From assembly GCF_000039765.1 (NCBI RefSeq), contig NC_004459.3, positions 300,001-332,000 of the forward strand: 32,000 nucleotides of DNA, written 5' to 3'. A model generated the notes under the pieces. The model saw only the letters and a list, made by a program, of their open reading frames with translations. It was not told where the DNA came from and made no database searches. The stretch is from Vibrio vulnificus CMCP6. GTDB lineage: Bacteria > Pseudomonadota > Gammaproteobacteria > Enterobacterales > Vibrionaceae. Positions 20,277-31,085 of this stretch are shown piece after piece. Numbering within the stretch: the stretch's first letter is position 1; every line of letters begins with the position of its first letter. Both the position numbers and the translations under genes were made by a program.

Positions 20277-21749
20277 GTGTCTGAGTTCCATTCTGAAATC
20301 AGTACCTTATCACCTGCTCCACTTTGGCAGTTTTTTGATAAGATTTGTTCTATCCCACACCCATCAAAGCATGAAGAAGCCCTTGCTCAGTACATCGTCA
20401 ACTGGGCGACGGAGCAAGGTCTAGACGTCCGTCGCGATCCAACCGGCAATGTGTTTATTAAAAAGCCTGCGACACCAGGCATGGAAAACAAAAAGGGTGT
20501 TGTTCTTCAAGCGCACATCGACATGGTGCCTCAGAAAAACGAAGACACTCAACACGACTTCGCCACCGATCCTATTCGTCCATACATTGACGGTGAGTGG
20601 GTGACCGCAGAAGGTACGACGCTCGGTGCGGATAATGGAATTGGCATGGCTTCCTGCCTTGCGGTGTTGGCCTCAACAGAGATCAAGCATGGTCCAATTG
20701 AAGTACTGCTAACCATTGATGAAGAAGCGGGCATGACGGGTGCTTTTGGTTTGGAAGCGGGTTGGCTAGAAGGCGACATTCTTCTTAATACCGATTCTGA
20801 ACAAGAAGGTGAAGTCTACATGGGCTGCGCAGGCGGTATCGACGGCGCGATGACGTTTGATATTCAACGCGAAGCGGTTCCTGCGGGCTTTATTACTCGT
20901 CAGTTAACGCTAAAAGGCTTAAAAGGCGGTCACTCAGGTTGTGACATCCACACTGGCCGCGGTAACGCAAACAAACTGATGGCACGTTTCCTTGCTGGCC
21001 ATGCACAAGAATTGGATCTGCGTTTAGTAGAGTTCCGCGGTGGTAGCCTGCGTAATGCGATTCCTCGTGAAGCATTCGTCAAAGTGGCGCTGCCTGCAGA
21101 AAAACAAGATAAGCTTGCTCAACTGTTTGACTACTACACTGAACTTCTAAAAACCGAGCTCGGTAAAGTGGAAACCAACATTGTCACGTTTAACCAAGCG
21201 GTTGATGTGGAAGCTGGTGTATTGACGAATGCTGATCAACAACGCTTTGTCGCTGCATTAAATGCTTGTCCAAACGGTGTCATTCGCATGAGCGATGAGA
21301 TTGAAGGTGTGGTTGAAACGTCGCTTAACGTGGGTGTAATCACCACTGAAGAGAACAAAATCACCGTATTGTGCTTGATCCGTTCACTGATCGACTCAGG
21401 TCGCAGCCAAGTGGAAAGCATGCTGACATCAGTAGCGGAACTGGCAGGTGCACACATCGTGTTCTCTGGCGCTTACCCAGGTTGGAAACCGGATGCTGAT
21501 TCTGAAATCATGGCGATCTTCCGTGATATGTACGAAGGCATTTACGGTCACAAACCGAACATCATGGTCATTCACGCGGGCCTAGAATGCGGCCTATTCA
21601 AGAAACCTTACCCTGACATGGACATGGTGTCATTTGGCCCAACGATTAAATTCCCGCACTCTCCAGATGAAAAAGTGAAGATTGACACGGTACAACTCTA
21701 CTGGGATCAAATGGTGGCGTTACTGGAAGCGATTCCTGAAAAGGCGTAA
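20277..21749 (+). CDS. pepD: Aminoacyl-histidine dipeptidase (peptidase D), GTG start
   Basis: 490 aa M20 family; QAHIDMVPQK, GADNGIGMA, DEEAGMTGA; SD AAGGAG upstream of GTG 20277. Confidence 0.94.
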   Translation: MSEFHSEISTLSPAPLWQFFDKICSIPHPSKHEEALAQYIVNWATEQGLDVRRDPTGNVFIKKPATPGMENKKGVVLQAHIDMVPQKNEDTQHDFATDPIRPYIDGEWVTAEGTTLGADNGIGMASCLAVLASTEIKHGPIEVLLTIDEEAGMTGAFGLEAGWLEGDILLNTDSEQEGEVYMGCAGGIDGAMTFDIQREAVPAGFITRQLTLKGLKGGHSGCDIHTGRGNANKLMARFLAGHAQELDLRLVEFRGGSLRNAIPREAFVKVALPAEKQDKLAQLFDYYTELLKTELGKVETNIVTFNQAVDVEAGVLTNADQQRFVAALNACPNGVIRMSDEIEGVVETSLNVGVITTEENKITVLCLIRSLIDSGRSQVESMLTSVAELAGAHIVFSGAYPGWKPDADSEIMAIFRDMYEGIYGHKPNIMVIHAGLECGLFKKPYPDMDMVSFGPTIKFPHSPDEKVKIDTVQLYWDQMVALLEAIPEKA

Positions 21750-21761
21750 CACGATAAAAAC

Positions 21762-21786
21762 AAAGGGCGCGAAACTCGCGCCCTTT
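21762..21786. terminator. Terminator between convergent pepD and the DUF3332-like gene
   Basis: AAAGGGCGCGA...TCGCGCCCTTT hairpin. Confidence 0.85.
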
Positions 21787-21805
21787 CTGTCTCGTTCACT
21801 ATCGA

Positions 21806-22345
21806 TTAAGCACGATTTTGCGCGTAAGCCGCTAGCTCATCCATTGAAGTTTGTGCAACCACTTCACCATCAATGTAGTACGTCACGAAATCACCTTCAC
21901 GTACACCGGTCAATATCGCTTTTTCACCATTGTTGTAGGTGATGTCCATTTGAACGGTATTTTCGTCGATCTGCTGCATCATACCTTGCTCAATGATACG
22001 GTTGTTCGTTAACGGCGCAATCGGTGCAGTTGTTAGCGACTTGTCTAGTTGGTGGTTCACATCAATGTAAGTGTCCATCTTAGTGTCAAAGATGTGTGGC
22101 TTGCCGTTTAGAGGGTTTTTGCCCGTCCAGAATTCCAGTGAGTTAAACACAATGTAGTCTGCTGCAATCGCCACACCGTATACTGGCGCCAACAACATGT
22201 TTAGACCACCACGAGCATAACGGTTGTCTACAGCTTTCAGGTTGAAGCCCATAACATAACCCGTTACTGCATTGCTACCTACACAGCCAGACAATGCCAT
22301 TGCTGCTACAGATAATGCCACGACTTTAGTGATCGTCTTTTTCAT
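21806..22345 (-). CDS. DUF3332-like lipoprotein
   Basis: MKKTITKVVALSVAAMALSGC lipobox; GFNLKAVDNRYARGGLNMLLAPVYGVAIAADYIVFNSLEFWTGKNPL. Confidence 0.75.
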   Translation of the reverse strand: MKKTITKVVALSVAAMALSGCVGSNAVTGYVMGFNLKAVDNRYARGGLNMLLAPVYGVAIAADYIVFNSLEFWTGKNPLNGKPHIFDTKMDTYIDVNHQLDKSLTTAPIAPLTNNRIIEQGMMQQIDENTVQMDITYNNGEKAILTGVREGDFVTYYIDGEVVAQTSMDELAAYAQNRA

Positions 22346-22662
22346 ATTTACCTCGAATGTAATTTGGAGAACAGGAATTGGGGGCGCATATTAGCGCAGA
22401 TAAAAACCATCCTCAAAGTAGGAAAATTCTGTGCTGCTAAAGCAATCTCAAAATTAAGACTCTTTACATAACAAGGTCATATACCAAAACAAGACACATT
22501 GAGCGATTAAATTTCAATCAGCCAAAATTAACAACCTATCGACAAAAATCAGAGAAAAGTCAGTGAACGATTAGCGATTTTTATCGTAATCTTAATAAGG
22601 TCGAATGGTTTCACCTTAGCTGCGTTGTTAGAGTCAGTGGAACAGCAAATACAGGAAGTAGT

Positions 22663-23721
22663 ATGGTTCGTATCAAGAAAAACAAAGTGTTCGAGATCTT
22701 AGGGCACAAAATTCCCCCCGCACAACGGTTAGAGATAGAGCTCGATGCGGCGCAGCTTTACACCCACTCTCCTCTTTCGATCCCGATTGAGATCATCAAT
22801 GGACGCAATGCTGGCCCTGTACTGATGATCAACGCTGCAATACATGGTGATGAACTCAATGGCGTTGAGATTGTTAGACAACTGATTAACAGCCTCGATC
22901 CCAACCAAATCAAAGGTACCGTTATTGCCGTTCCAATCGTGAATGTGTTCGGGTTTATTCATAAATCTCGCTATCTGCCGGACAGACGCGATCTCAACCG
23001 CTGTTTTCCCGGTAGTGAAAAAGGCGCACTGGCTTCACGCATGGCACATACCTTCTTTAGTAATGTGGCCCTAAGAGCCGACTATATTCTTGATCTTCAC
23101 ACCGGAGCCATCCATCGAACCAATTTGCCTCAAATCCGTGCCAATTTGAGTAATCCAGAAACGTTGAGAATAGCCAAAGCCTTCGGCGCGCCCGTTATCA
23201 TCGATTCAGCCCTTAGAGATGGTTCCATTCGCTCCGAAGCTGAAAAATGCGATATTCCCGTACTAACCTATGAAGCTGGCGAAGCGCTCAGATTTGATCC
23301 TCTCTCCATTAGTGCCGGAGTGCTCGGTGTTAAACGCGTGATGCAAGCTATTGGCATGCTCCGAGCCAGTCGAAAAAAATTGCCTCAACCTGTCATCGCT
23401 AAGTCCACCAGTTGGGTACGAGCATCAGGAAACGGCATTTTGCGTACCGTGGTCAACTTGGGCGCCAAAGTTGAAAAAGGGGAAACCTTAGCCTATATCA
23501 GTTCACCGCTGGGCCATGATGAAGTGGAGTTGAAAGCCCCGAAAGGTGGCATTGTGATTGGCCAACAAACACTGCCTCTGGTTAATGAAGGAGACGCTAT
23601 TTTTAATGTGGCTTACTTCCGTCAAGATGACGAAGTCGTCGAGCAAGTGGTAGAAAGCTATATTGAAGAGCTCGTTGAAAGTGACATTGACTTGATCACC
23701 ACAGGGCAAATCCCCCTTTAA
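22663..23721 (+). CDS. Succinylglutamate desuccinylase/aspartoacylase family protein (zinc carboxypeptidase-like)
   Basis: IHGDELNGVEIVRQL and DLHTGAIHR zinc-site-like motifs; C-terminal barrel-like region. Confidence 0.88.
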   Translation: MVRIKKNKVFEILGHKIPPAQRLEIELDAAQLYTHSPLSIPIEIINGRNAGPVLMINAAIHGDELNGVEIVRQLINSLDPNQIKGTVIAVPIVNVFGFIHKSRYLPDRRDLNRCFPGSEKGALASRMAHTFFSNVALRADYILDLHTGAIHRTNLPQIRANLSNPETLRIAKAFGAPVIIDSALRDGSIRSEAEKCDIPVLTYEAGEALRFDPLSISAGVLGVKRVMQAIGMLRASRKKLPQPVIAKSTSWVRASGNGILRTVVNLGAKVEKGETLAYISSPLGHDEVELKAPKGGIVIGQQTLPLVNEGDAIFNVAYFRQDDEVVEQVVESYIEELVESDIDLITTGQIPL

Positions 23722-23851
23722 CCTTTTTTCGCTACAATACGTTGGCTCATGCTATTGACGTGAGCCATACATATCATTACACGAAATAAATTGAACGGCG
23801 TTTTATTGATATTTACCATCACTGGATTATTGATATAGCCGCCGAGTCACT

Positions 23852-24316
23852 ATGATGTTTCGTTCCATTCTTTCTTTTGTCGCTTTGTTGTCACTGCCAA
23901 GCATGGCACAACATACCCAAACACCGGATCTCGCCCACTACCTGCAACAGCATTTTGAAGCCAATCAGGATCCGAGTCAGGACAGAATGACACAAACGGA
24001 AAACCTATCGACATCGCTTGATCTGGACGCAGGGAAGGAAAACATCGAATGGACCTTAGATCGTGGAGCGAATCGCATCAACTGCGACATGCTGGTCTCT
24101 CAATCAGGTCAAGAGCCCCACTTTGACTATGGCGAAGCCAAAGATCTTTCTGATGGTTTGCAACACTTCGACTTACCAAAACGCAAAAGCGAACAAGAAT
24201 ATTACCGCAATCAAGTCAACAGCAATACGCCGGGATTAATCCCTAGTAGCAAGCAGTTTGCCGCCCCTGCGGCGGGAGACTTCCATGTTTCACTCTCCTC
24301 AGATTGCTTCAACTAA
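23852..24316 (+). CDS. Hypothetical exported protein
   Basis: 154 aa ORF with N-terminal signal peptide MMFRSILSFVALLSLPSMAQ; ends just before a terminator. Confidence 0.7.
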   Translation: MMFRSILSFVALLSLPSMAQHTQTPDLAHYLQQHFEANQDPSQDRMTQTENLSTSLDLDAGKENIEWTLDRGANRINCDMLVSQSGQEPHFDYGEAKDLSDGLQHFDLPKRKSEQEYYRNQVNSNTPGLIPSSKQFAAPAAGDFHVSLSSDCFN

Positions 24317-24338
24317 CCTAGGTAAAACGCATAAATGC

Positions 24339-24373
24339 AAAAAGCCCCGATGTGTGAGCATCGGGGCTTTTTC
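24339..24373. terminator. Bidirectional terminator
   Basis: AAAGCCCCGATG-tgtgag-CATCGGGGCTTT with flanking A and T runs. Confidence 0.92.
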
Positions 24374-24393
24374 AAACAGTATCCAGCAGACGA

Positions 24394-24699
24394 TTACTCT
24401 TCGTCATCTTCTTCAACATCGCGAGCGCGACGTTGTTCTGCTTTACGTAGTTTTGCGCTCAACGCTTCAGCATCGCGCTCTTTGCGTTGCTGAGCTTTAC
24501 GCTCGTTGCGCTCGGCTTGGTTTTTAACAAAACCAGCGAGTTCAGCTTCTGCCCACGCTTGAGCAGCCGCTTCAGAGTCAAAACCCATTTGACGTTTTGA
24601 AACAACAGTTTTACGAGAGGTTACTTGACGAGTAATCTCAGCCGCCCAACCTTCACGTTTCTCAGTCACGCGGATGGCAAATTTTTGGTTTTTAGACAT
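24394..24699 (-). CDS. DUF3622-like small protein (start MSKNQKFAIRVTEKREG)
   Basis: Lys/Glu/Ala-rich RVTEKREGWAAEITRQVTSRKTVVSKRQMGFDSEAAAQAWAEAEL; start chosen from protein pattern, ORF open to 24768. Confidence 0.7.
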   Translation of the reverse strand: MSKNQKFAIRVTEKREGWAAEITRQVTSRKTVVSKRQMGFDSEAAAQAWAEAELAGFVKNQAERNERKAQQRKERDAEALSAKLRKAEQRRARDVEEDDEE

Positions 24700-24858
24700 G
24701 TCAGATGTTCCTAAGGGATTGTAAAGGGATTCAAGCCATCCCTTGGCAAGCGGCGTATTAGACCACAATTATTTGCGATTGGCTATTGGCTCACTGATAA
24801 AAAAACCGCCAGAGAAACTCTCTAGCGGTTTATTCAGTATCACATTATTTCAATCGGA

Positions 24859-27800
24859 TTAGCCTAGATTTTTGCGTGCGTTTTGGAACATACGCATCCA
24901 CGCGCCATTTTCACCCCAACCTTCTGGTGCCCATGAGTTCGCTACGGTGCGGAAGACACGCTCTGGGTGCGGCATCATGATGGTTACGCGACCATCTTTT
25001 GTCGTCAAACCGGTAATCGCATTTGGTGAACCATTCGGGTTGTTCGGGTATTGCTGTGTTGGATTTCCTAGGTTATCAACAAAGCGGACCGCAACGGTGC
25101 CCGATGCTTCAATCGCAGCGAGATGTTGAGCATCGCGTACTTCCACGCGACCTTCGCCGTGCGAAACAGCGATAGGCATACGAGAGCCAGCCATGCCATC
25201 AAAGAAGACGGAATCCGATTTCTGTACTTCGACTAGGCTAAAGCGTGCTTCAAAACGCTCTGATTCGTTGCGAACGAAACGTGGCCACAAGTCGGCACCT
25301 GGGATCAATTCTTTCAAGTTTGAAAGCATCTGACAGCCGTTACATACACCCAGTGAGAAGGTGTTTTCACGATTAAAGAAGGCTTGGAACTGCTCACGTG
25401 CTTGCGCATTAAAGAGCACAGATTTCGCCCAACCTTCACCCGCACCTAATACATCACCGTACGAGAAACCACCACAAGCCACTAGACCATGGTACTCATC
25501 CAGCACTGCTTGACCCGTCAGAATGTCACTCATGTGGATGTCAGTCGCTTCAAAGCCAGCACGGTCAAACGCTGCTGCCATTTCAACGTGAGAGTTAACC
25601 CCCTGCTCACGCAGGATCGCCATCTTAGGTTTCGCGCCTTTCGCGATATAAGGAGCTGCGATATCTTCATTCACATCAAAGCTTAGAGATACATTCAGAC
25701 CTGGGTCTGAATTGTCTTTCTTCGCTTCAAACTCTTGGTCTGCACACGCTGGGTTATCGCGCAGTGCCTGCATCTTATGCGTCGTTTCCGCCCAGATAAC
25801 ACGCAAATCTGTGCGTGAACGTTCCAGTATCACAGCATCACCAGAGCGAATCACAAAGTTGTCTGAAGCATCAATTGCACCAATTACGTGTGAACACGCT
25901 TCTAGACCATTTGCCGCCAACGTCGACAGCACGGAATCCAATTCATCGTTCTTAACTTGAACAACCGCACCGAGCTCTTCGTTAAATAACGCAGCCAGAA
26001 CATCGTCACCCAACGCAGCGATATTCGCGTTGACACCGCAGTGACCAGCAAATGCCATCTCTGCAAGCGTCACCAATAGGCCACCATCCCCTTTATCGTG
26101 GTACGCAAGCAATTTGTCTTGACGAACCAGAGCTTGCATCGCATCGAAGAAGCCTTTCAACTGTTCTGCGTTGTCGACGTCAGCCGGTTTATCACCCAAT
26201 TGCTTGTAAACCTGAGCCAGCGCCGTAGCACCTAGGCGGTTCTTACCGTTGCCAAGGTCAACAAGAACAAGTGAAGTCTCGCCTTTGTCGGTACGCAGCT
26301 GAGGAGTAATGGTTTTACGTACATCTTCAACACGAGCAAACGCGGTGATGATCAGAGACAGTGGAGAAGTCACTTCTTTCTCTTCACCGTTCTCATTCCA
26401 CTTGGTCTTCATTGACATTGAGTCTTTACCAACAGGGATAGTAAGACCTAATGCAGGGCACAGTTCTTCACCCACCGCTTTCACCGCTTCGTAAAGACCC
26501 GCGTCTTCACCTGGGTGACCTGCTGGTGACATCCAGTTTGCCGACAGCTTAATGCGCTTGATATCGCCGATGTCAGTCGCTGCGATGTTAGTGAGAGACT
26601 CACCAACGGCTAGACGAGCTGACGCGCCAAAATCAAGCAGCGCAACAGGCGTACGTTCACCCATAGACATCGCTTCACCGTGGTACGTATCGTAGCTGGC
26701 AGCTGTTACTGCACAGTTTGCAACTGGCACCTGCCACGGACCGACCATTTGGTCGCGCGCCACTAAGCCTGTGACGGTACGGTCACCAATGGTGATCAAG
26801 AAAGTTTTTTCAGCCACGGTTGGAAGACGAAGTACACGATCCACCGCTTCATTAAGTTCGATGCCATCACGCGTCATCGCTGGGCTGTCCACTTTGAGTG
26901 TGGTTGCTTCACGGTGCATCTTTGGTGGTTTGCCAAGCAGAATGTCCATTGGCATATCAATCGGTGTATTGTCGAAGTGCGCATCTTCCAGCGTTAGGTG
27001 ACGCTCTTCCGTTGCCACACCGACCACGGCGTATGGCGCACGCTCACGTTTACAGATTGCATCAAATGCCGCCATGTTTTCTGGTGCGACCGCGAGCACA
27101 TAACGCTCTTGAGATTCGTTACACCAGATTTCCAATGGGCTCATTCCCGGTTCATCGTTTGGTACATCGCGCAGCTGGAACTTACCACCACGCTCACCAT
27201 CATTGACCAATTCGGGTAACGCATTTGAAATACCACCTGCGCCAACATCGTGAATAAACGCGATTGGGTTGTTGTCGCCAAGCTGCCAACAGCGATCGAT
27301 CACTTCCTGACAACGGCGTTCCATCTCTGGGTTTTCACGCTGTACCGAAGCAAAATCCAGATCTTCGGCCGACTGACCTGATGCCATAGACGAAGCGGCA
27401 CCACCACCCAGACCAATGTTCATCGCCGGGCCACCCAGTACGATTAAGCTCGCACCGACAGGGATCTCTTTCTTCTGCACGTGTTCATCACGAATGTTAC
27501 CCATACCACCAGCAATCATGATTGGCTTGTGGTAGCCACGCACTTCTTCACCTGCGTGTGACGTCACTTTCTCTTCGTAAGTACGGAAGTAACCAAGGAG
27601 GTTTGGACGACCAAATTCATTGTTGAATGCCGCGCCACCAAGCGGGCCTTCTAGCATGATGTCAAGGGCGTTGACAATACGACCCGGCTTACCAAAATCG
27701 GTTTCCCATGGCTGTTCAAAGCCAGGAATGCGCAAGTTCGAGGTGGTAAAGCCAACCAGACCCGCTTTTGGCTTGCCGCCAATACCGGTTGCGCCTTCGT

Positions 27801-28752
27801 CACGAATTTCACCACCAGAACCGGTGGAAGCACCTGGCCATGGTGAAATTGCGGTTGGGTGGTTGTGCGTCTCTACCTTCATCAAGATGTGTGCATCTTC
27901 GTGATGGTAGTTGTATTGACGCGTTTCTGGATCGGGGAAGAAACGACCCACTTTTGAACCCGTCATTACCGCCGCGTTATCTTTGTAGGCAGACAGCACG
28001 TGATCTGGCGTTGTTTCAAAGGTATTTTTGATCATCTTAAACAGCGATTTTGGCTGTTCCACACCGTCGATCGTCCAATCGGCGTTAAAGATCTTGTGAC
28101 GACAGTGCTCAGAGTTGGCCTGAGCAAACATCATAAGTTCGATGTCATTTGGATTACGGCCAAGCTTAGTAAAGTTCTCCACCAAGTAATCAATTTCATC
28201 TTCTGCCAATGCTAGGCCAAGTGAAACGTTGGCTTCTTCAAGCGCGAGACGACCTCCAGAAAGGATATCCACCTGAGTCATTGGTGCAGGCTGCGCAACG
28301 CTGAACAATGCCGCTGCCGCTTCTAGATCACCAAATACCGCTTCCATCATACGGTCATGAATAATGCTTTTTACGATGTCGATTTGTACGCTAGAAAGCT
28401 CTGAAGACGACTCAACATAGTACGCCGTGCCGCGCTCTAAACGCTTCACTGCGTTAAGGCCACAGTTTTGTGCAATGTCTGTCGCTTTTGATGACCAAGG
28501 AGAGATGGTGCCAGGACGAGGAGTGACCAGCAATAAGAGACCTTGAGGCTCGTGCTCTTCGATAGTTGGGCCGTAAGTAAGAAGTTTCTCTAACTTTTCT
28601 AGCGCTTCTGCGTCTAACTCAGAGGTCAAATCCGCAAAGTGCATAAACTCGGCGTAAATGCCCGTTACAGGCAGATCTTGTTCACGACAAAGTTCCAGTA
28701 GTTTATTAACTCGAAACTCAGAAAGAGCTGGGGAGCCACGCAAAATTCTCAT
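24859..28752 (-). CDS. purL: Phosphoribosylformylglycinamidine synthase (1297 aa, start [18 protein letters not shown])
   Basis: FGAM synthase motifs: [46 protein letters not shown]-terminal glutaminase GVCNGCQML. Confidence 0.97.
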   Translation of the reverse strand: MRILRGSPALSEFRVNKLLELCREQDLPVTGIYAEFMHFADLTSELDAEALEKLEKLLTYGPTIEEHEPQGLLLLVTPRPGTISPWSSKATDIAQNCGLNAVKRLERGTAYYVESSSELSSVQIDIVKSIIHDRMMEAVFGDLEAAAALFSVAQPAPMTQVDILSGGRLALEEANVSLGLALAEDEIDYLVENFTKLGRNPNDIELMMFAQANSEHCRHKIFNADWTIDGVEQPKSLFKMIKNTFETTPDHVLSAYKDNAAVMTGSKVGRFFPDPETRQYNYHHEDAHILMKVETHNHPTAISPWPGASTGSGGEIRDEGATGIGGKPKAGLVGFTTSNLRIPGFEQPWETDFGKPGRIVNALDIMLEGPLGGAAFNNEFGRPNLLGYFRTYEEKVTSHAGEEVRGYHKPIMIAGGMGNIRDEHVQKKEIPVGASLIVLGGPAMNIGLGGGAASSMASGQSAEDLDFASVQRENPEMERRCQEVIDRCWQLGDNNPIAFIHDVGAGGISNALPELVNDGERGGKFQLRDVPNDEPGMSPLEIWCNESQERYVLAVAPENMAAFDAICKRERAPYAVVGVATEERHLTLEDAHFDNTPIDMPMDILLGKPPKMHREATTLKVDSPAMTRDGIELNEAVDRVLRLPTVAEKTFLITIGDRTVTGLVARDQMVGPWQVPVANCAVTAASYDTYHGEAMSMGERTPVALLDFGASARLAVGESLTNIAATDIGDIKRIKLSANWMSPAGHPGEDAGLYEAVKAVGEELCPALGLTIPVGKDSMSMKTKWNENGEEKEVTSPLSLIITAFARVEDVRKTITPQLRTDKGETSLVLVDLGNGKNRLGATALAQVYKQLGDKPADVDNAEQLKGFFDAMQALVRQDKLLAYHDKGDGGLLVTLAEMAFAGHCGVNANIAALGDDVLAALFNEELGAVVQVKNDELDSVLSTLAANGLEACSHVIGAIDASDNFVIRSGDAVILERSRTDLRVIWAETTHKMQALRDNPACADQEFEAKKDNSDPGLNVSLSFDVNEDIAAPYIAKGAKPKMAILREQGVNSHVEMAAAFDRAGFEATDIHMSDILTGQAVLDEYHGLVACGGFSYGDVLGAGEGWAKSVLFNAQAREQFQAFFNRENTFSLGVCNGCQMLSNLKELIPGADLWPRFVRNESERFEARFSLVEVQKSDSVFFDGMAGSRMPIAVSHGEGRVEVRDAQHLAAIEASGTVAVRFVDNLGNPTQQYPNNPNGSPNAITGLTTKDGRVTIMMPHPERVFRTVANSWAPEGWGENGAWMRMFQNARKNLG

Positions 28753-28895
28753 GTGCTTAGGTCTCTTATGCAATTGATTAAGGTGATATTGGAATAAATT
28801 CAGTGGGTTATACTGTTTTACTTCGAACTTATGCCGATTGCACCTCTCTGTTGCGGGCGCATTATATAGCAATTGTTTTTGTGATGTAACACCAA

Positions 28896-28911
28896 AAGCA
28901 ACCGTTTGCGT
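28896..28911. promoter_or_regulatory. PurR operator upstream of purL
   Basis: AAGCAACCGTTTGCGT, 14/16 match to ACGCAAACGTTTGCGT. Confidence 0.75.
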
Positions 28912-29049
28912 CACTTTTTTTGTCAAATTTGAAATACAACCAAAATGTCGTCGCTAAGAAAAGGTGTACAATTTTGCCTATCGCTTTTTCTTTGCCTACC
29001 TTGCCCGCTTTGATATAAAGAGACGAATCGATTTTTGAGAGCAGACTTG

Positions 29050-30639
29050 ATGCCAATATTTAATCTTCACCAACTACGTAACTTTCTGTTTATTATCGCG
29101 ACAACGCTGTTTTTATCAGCGTGTCAGATTGAATCAAAGCCCACTAGCGAGCTTGATCAGATCAAACAGAGAGGTGTACTCCGTGTCGGCACTCTCAATA
29201 ATCAACTCTCTTATTACATCGGTCCTGATGGCCAAACTGGTTTAGATTACGAACTCGCTCGCCAGTTTGCAGATGAACTTGGCGTCAAACTTGAAGTGAA
29301 AGTGGCTTTTCGCCAAGCCGAGTTGTTCCCCATGCTCAAACGCGGAGACATCGACCTCATCGCCACCGGTCTCAACCAGACCCCAAGAGCGATTAAACAA
29401 TTTCGCCCCGGCCCAAGTTATTATTACGTCAGTCAAGTCGTGGTGTACAAAAATGGTGCCCTACGCCCACGTAACTTAAAACAGTTAGTCGAATACCAAA
29501 ACGCCAAAACCGCCTCCGAAGATGAAGCCGAAGCGAGTAACAATGCGGCTGCCAACACTCTGCAAGTAGTGAAACAATCACAAAATGTGACGTTGTTGAA
29601 ATCGCTACAGAGCGATTACCCAGAGCTGCAATTTACCACCGTCTCTGATGCCGATAATTATGATTTGCTTCGCCGTGTCTCAACTGGGGAGCTGAGGTTT
29701 GCCATCAGCGATTCTATCGAATTATCACTGGCTCAACGTCTCTACCCCGATTTAGCCACCGCATTTGAAGTCACCGAAGATCAACCTGTTTCTTGGTTTG
29801 TTCGCCGTTCACCGGATGAATCTTTGTATGCGCTGATGATTGAGTTTTTCGGCAACATTAGCCAATCTGGCGAACTTGCACGCCTAGAAGAAAAATACAT
29901 TGGCCACATTGGCAGCTTCGATTATGTGGATACGCGCGCCTTTATCCGTGCGTTGGACAATAAATTACCCAAATGGGCTCCTTTATTTGAGCAATATTCT
30001 GCAGAATTTGACTGGCGCTTAATTGCCGCTCTGGCGTACCAAGAATCACATTGGAATCCCCTCGCGAAATCGCCGACCGGTGTGCGCGGTATGATGATGC
30101 TGACGTTGCCGACTGCGCAAAGTGTTGGGGTAAAAAACCGCTTAGACCCAGAGCAGTCTATCCGCGGTGGCGTTGAATATCTGCGTCGTATTGTCGCTCG
30201 TGTACCTGAATCGATCCCTCAACATGAGAAAATCTGGTTTGCTTTAGCATCCTACAACGTTGGCTTTGGTCATATGATGGATGCACGCCGTTTAACCAAA
30301 CGACAAGGTGGCGATCCAGATTCTTGGGGAGATGTGAAAGAGAGACTGCCGCTATTAAGACAGAAGAAGTATTTCAGCCAAACTCGCTACGGTTATGCCC
30401 GTGGAGACGAGGCGAAAAATTACGTTGAGAATATCCGCCGCTACTACCAAAGCATCATTGGTCATGTGGGACAAAACTCTCTGATTGCGAGCGATCAAGA
30501 GGGCGAAATTCAAGTGATCCCGCCACTCGAAAACAGTGAGCTAGTGGCAGCTAGCGACATTGACGCTGCAGAAAACGAAGCTCTGTCGCCAGATGTCGGT
30601 GTCAGCCAAGCGACACTCACCACAGAAGTCCAACCTTAA
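29050..30639 (+). CDS. mltF: Membrane-bound lytic murein transglycosylase F (start MPIFNLHQLRNFL)
   Basis: SBP_bac_3-like N-domain (RGVLRVGTLNNQLSYYIGPDG) plus SLT domain (ALAYQESHWNPLAKSPTGVRGMMMLTLPTA); divergent from purL. Confidence 0.95.
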   Translation: MPIFNLHQLRNFLFIIATTLFLSACQIESKPTSELDQIKQRGVLRVGTLNNQLSYYIGPDGQTGLDYELARQFADELGVKLEVKVAFRQAELFPMLKRGDIDLIATGLNQTPRAIKQFRPGPSYYYVSQVVVYKNGALRPRNLKQLVEYQNAKTASEDEAEASNNAAANTLQVVKQSQNVTLLKSLQSDYPELQFTTVSDADNYDLLRRVSTGELRFAISDSIELSLAQRLYPDLATAFEVTEDQPVSWFVRRSPDESLYALMIEFFGNISQSGELARLEEKYIGHIGSFDYVDTRAFIRALDNKLPKWAPLFEQYSAEFDWRLIAALAYQESHWNPLAKSPTGVRGMMMLTLPTAQSVGVKNRLDPEQSIRGGVEYLRRIVARVPESIPQHEKIWFALASYNVGFGHMMDARRLTKRQGGDPDSWGDVKERLPLLRQKKYFSQTRYGYARGDEAKNYVENIRRYYQSIIGHVGQNSLIASDQEGEIQVIPPLENSELVAASDIDAAENEALSPDVGVSQATLTTEVQP

Positions 30640-30642
30640 GAG

Positions 30643-30712
30643 CAGAAGTGGAGCGATTTTTGTAAAAGTCGATTGCTTTTTATCGGCAACTTTATCTAAA
30701 ATCGCTCTTCTG
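30643..30712 (+). repeat. Large imperfect inverted repeat / hairpin starting 4 nt after the mltF stop
   Basis: CAGAA-gtg-GAGCGATTTT ... AAAATCGCTC-TTCTG, about 37-nt loop with its own potential stem (AAAGTCGAT...ATCG..ACTTT). Confidence 0.6.
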
Positions 30713-30897
30713 AATTAAGCTAAGCGGACCACTTCGGTCGTTCTAAATCTTAGCGTCACTTTCCAAGCGTCAAGCTTGTACTGAAAGAGTTCATATTTAG
30801 CCACCCCAAAGACTGCTCTTAAAGCCAAGGCTCTAAAGAATGCGGAGACGTTATCGTCGTCGTTAAGGGGATTATTTATCGTCAGTAGGAGGTCGTT

Positions 30898-31035
30898 GTG
30901 TTAAGACGTCGCGTCCAATCCAAACGCCTGAACAAAACTGTAGCGGCTAACCGACGTAAACGTAAGTTAGCGAATACAAAAAGAAAAATTAGCGCTCGCA
31001 ATCGCATTTTTGTGCACCTTGTGAACCACGCTTAA
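30898..31035 (+). CDS. Possible unannotated small basic protein, 45 aa: MLRRRVQSKRLNKTVAANRRKRKLANTKRKISARNRIFVHLVNHA
   Basis: GTG start with AGGAGG SD (30887-30892, 5-nt spacer), in-frame TAG at 30886-30888 fixing the start, 16 K/R and no D/E. Below the size cut-off of the supplied track. Confidence 0.55.
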   Translation: MLRRRVQSKRLNKTVAANRRKRKLANTKRKISARNRIFVHLVNHA

Positions 31036-31044
31036 TTGATGAGT

Positions 31045-31074
31045 AAACATCTGCACCATGAAACGCAGATGTTT
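31045..31074. other. Hairpin between the small basic ORF and tadA (convergent); possible terminator without a clean U-tract
   Basis: AAACATCTGC-accatgaaac-GCAGATGTTT perfect 10-bp stem. Confidence 0.5.
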
Positions 31075-31085
31075 GCTACTACTCT

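Noticed and set aside
26898-27219. Plus-strand ORFs inside purL (and similar antisense ORFs in dxs, permease, proA, ribBA and pepD).
   Set aside because: Antisense to confidently identified housekeeping genes, low-complexity translations, no RBS/synteny support.
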